Sequence record: ON529853.1
Direction: 5' to 3' (one strand)
Length of the DNA stretch: 64,000 nt
Part shown: positions 62,993 to 64,000 of the stretch, in pieces
How positions within the stretch are numbered: the first letter of the stretch is position 1
Layout of the letters: the number at the start of each line of letters is the position of its first letter
Translations under genes and position numbers: made by a program
Notes under the pieces: generated by a model
Seen by the model: the letters and a program-made list of their open reading frames with translations, nothing else
What the model was told of the DNA's origin: nothing
The model's database searches: none

Positions 62993-63026
62993 TTTCTGGC
63001 ATGAATCCTGCTCAAAGTCAAGATTT
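62993..63026 (-). promoter_or_regulatory. Promoter AAATC-TTGACT-N17-CAGAAA
   Basis: Shared motif, intergenic. Confidence 0.55.
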
Positions 63027-63074
63027 CCAGCACTGAGCGCCAGGAATCACGGCAATGGGAGTCCCCTTCGTCGC

Positions 63075-63123
63075 GACGCCGGCTCGATCCACATATCCAC
63101 AACAGCGACGCTTCTGTGGATAA
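63075..63123. promoter_or_regulatory. Cluster of DnaA-box-like sites
   Basis: CGATCCACA (63075), ATATCCACA (63083) and perfect TGTGGATAA (63115) between divergent promoters. Confidence 0.55.
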
Positions 63124-63137
63124 GTCAGGATTCCTGA

Positions 63138-63166
63138 TTGACGGCTCAGGGCGACCCCGCTAAATC
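63138..63166 (+). promoter_or_regulatory. Plus-strand sigma70 promoter TTGACG-N15-GCTAAATC
   Basis: Matches the Caulobacter housekeeping consensus TTGACG...GCTANAWC. Confidence 0.75.
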
Positions 63167-63171
63167 CCTAA

Positions 63172-63690
63172 TCGTCGCTTCGGAAACGGAGCGGCCGGCA
63201 ACCGGGCCTCGGCCCGACTAGCCGGGCTCTGAAGGGTATGCAGTCCTGGACTGATCCTGACAGAGTTGAAGCCGGACGCCGGGGTGACCCGGTCCATCCG
63301 CCGAGACATGGTATCTCAAGGCTGCCGCAGCCCAAGAGACCGATCCTCGGGCCGCCAAAGGTCGTAAGACTGATGGTCAGGCGCATCAGCCGGTCGGCGC
63401 AGCGATGTGACGATGGGTCCTAAGGCGCCACGGACTTCGCACCCTCGGGTGCGGGAGCCAAGGCGTAGAGATGCAGTTCAGGGCCTTCGGGCTGTGGTTC
63501 TGTAGGTCAAGTCCAGCCACGGCGACGTGGGCGGCCCGCTGACCCCACCTTCTTCGGGGAAACCTGATGCCCTGGTGGACTCTCCCGCCCCTCGCTGTAA
63601 TGGCGCAGGACGGGCGCGACGTCGAACCAGAACCAGATTGTCGGGAAGGCCCGCCTCGTATCTCCGGATGCAGGCGGGCCTTTTGCGTTT
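63172..63690 (+). ncRNA. Candidate ~510-nt structured non-coding RNA
   Basis: Bounded by a promoter and a terminator; no credible ORF; GAAA and UUCG tetraloop hairpins; opposite strand to all genes. Confidence 0.65.
63646..63690 (+). terminator. Intrinsic terminator
   Basis: AAGGCCCGCCT...AGGCGGGCC followed by TTTTGCGTTT. Confidence 0.85.
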
Positions 63691-63998
63691 CAGCCCTCAG
63701 GCGCCGCAGCGATCACCAGGGTGTAGGGGTACTGGACGGTGGTCACCCCGATCTGCACGCCCACCATGATAGTGATGGCGGTCTCGGCGAGTTCGACCAT
63801 AAACCCCGTCCCCACAATATAGGCGAAGCCTTCCTCATCCACGATGATGCGGCCGTCCTCGGTGAGGAACATGAAGCGTCCGCCGGCGTCGTCGATCAGG
63901 CTATAGTTGGCCCAGGGCTGATCCACCTTGACCATGGCGACGCCGTGCGCGGCGGACGTCTTGTCGACCAGGGGATGCAGGGGGTGAATCTCATAGCC
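63690..63998 (-). CDS. 3' part of a hypothetical protein entering from the window edge
   Basis: Frame is open to the window edge (GYEIHPLHPLVDKTSAAHGVAMVKV...); convergent with the ncRNA terminator. Confidence 0.65.
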   Translation of the reverse strand, partial: GYEIHPLHPLVDKTSAAHGVAMVKVDQPWANYSLIDDAGGRFMFLTEDGRIIVDEEGFAYIVGTGFMVELAETAITIMVGVQIGVTTVQYPYTLVIAAAPEG

Positions 63999-64000
63999 GG

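Noticed and set aside
63168-63769. Small ORFs in the 63-kb intergenic region
   Set aside because: No SD sites or recognisable composition; promoter and terminator bounds favour an RNA.
1-64000. CRISPR array, integrase, transposase, reverse transcriptase/DGR
   Set aside because: No regularly spaced direct repeats and no matching protein motifs seen.
1-64000. CtrA boxes (TTAA-N7-TTAA)
   Set aside because: No full match noticed in the intergenic regions examined.

Overview
A 64-kb, GC-rich segment of a large siphophage, most likely phiCbK-like and infecting Caulobacteraceae (inferred from the GTA-type tail-tip genes, the GapR/DUF2312 and DUF4170 homologues, a tRNA-His without G-1, and Caulobacter-type sigma70 promoters). 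Nearly all genes are on the minus strand. From right to left the window holds: (i) a divergent intergenic region with DnaA-box-like sites and a plus-strand promoter-to-terminator unit of about 510 nt with no credible ORF; (ii) virion accessory genes, including a 2.7-kaa protein with seven Gly-rich modules; (iii) a translation-support island (36.3-46 kb) with 29 tRNAs, one expanded tRNA-like RNA, a one-piece tmRNA, a ~420-nt structured RNA, peptide deformylase, a GapR homologue and a metallophosphoesterase; (iv) PAS protein, PhoH, head-tail joining genes, major tail protein, tail chaperone with a -1 frameshift, tape measure, a duplicated GTA-like tail-tip module and a 3.1-kaa fibre. The main finding is that the two large tRNA operons each follow a promoter, a short leader ORF and an intrinsic terminator, and each leader is built almost entirely from the codons read by the tRNAs of its own operon. 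Leader A also shows trp-like 1:2/2:3/3:4 pairings. This suggests a ribosome-stalling attenuator that senses loss of specific host tRNAs and switches on matching replacements. All assignments were made by eye, without database searches.
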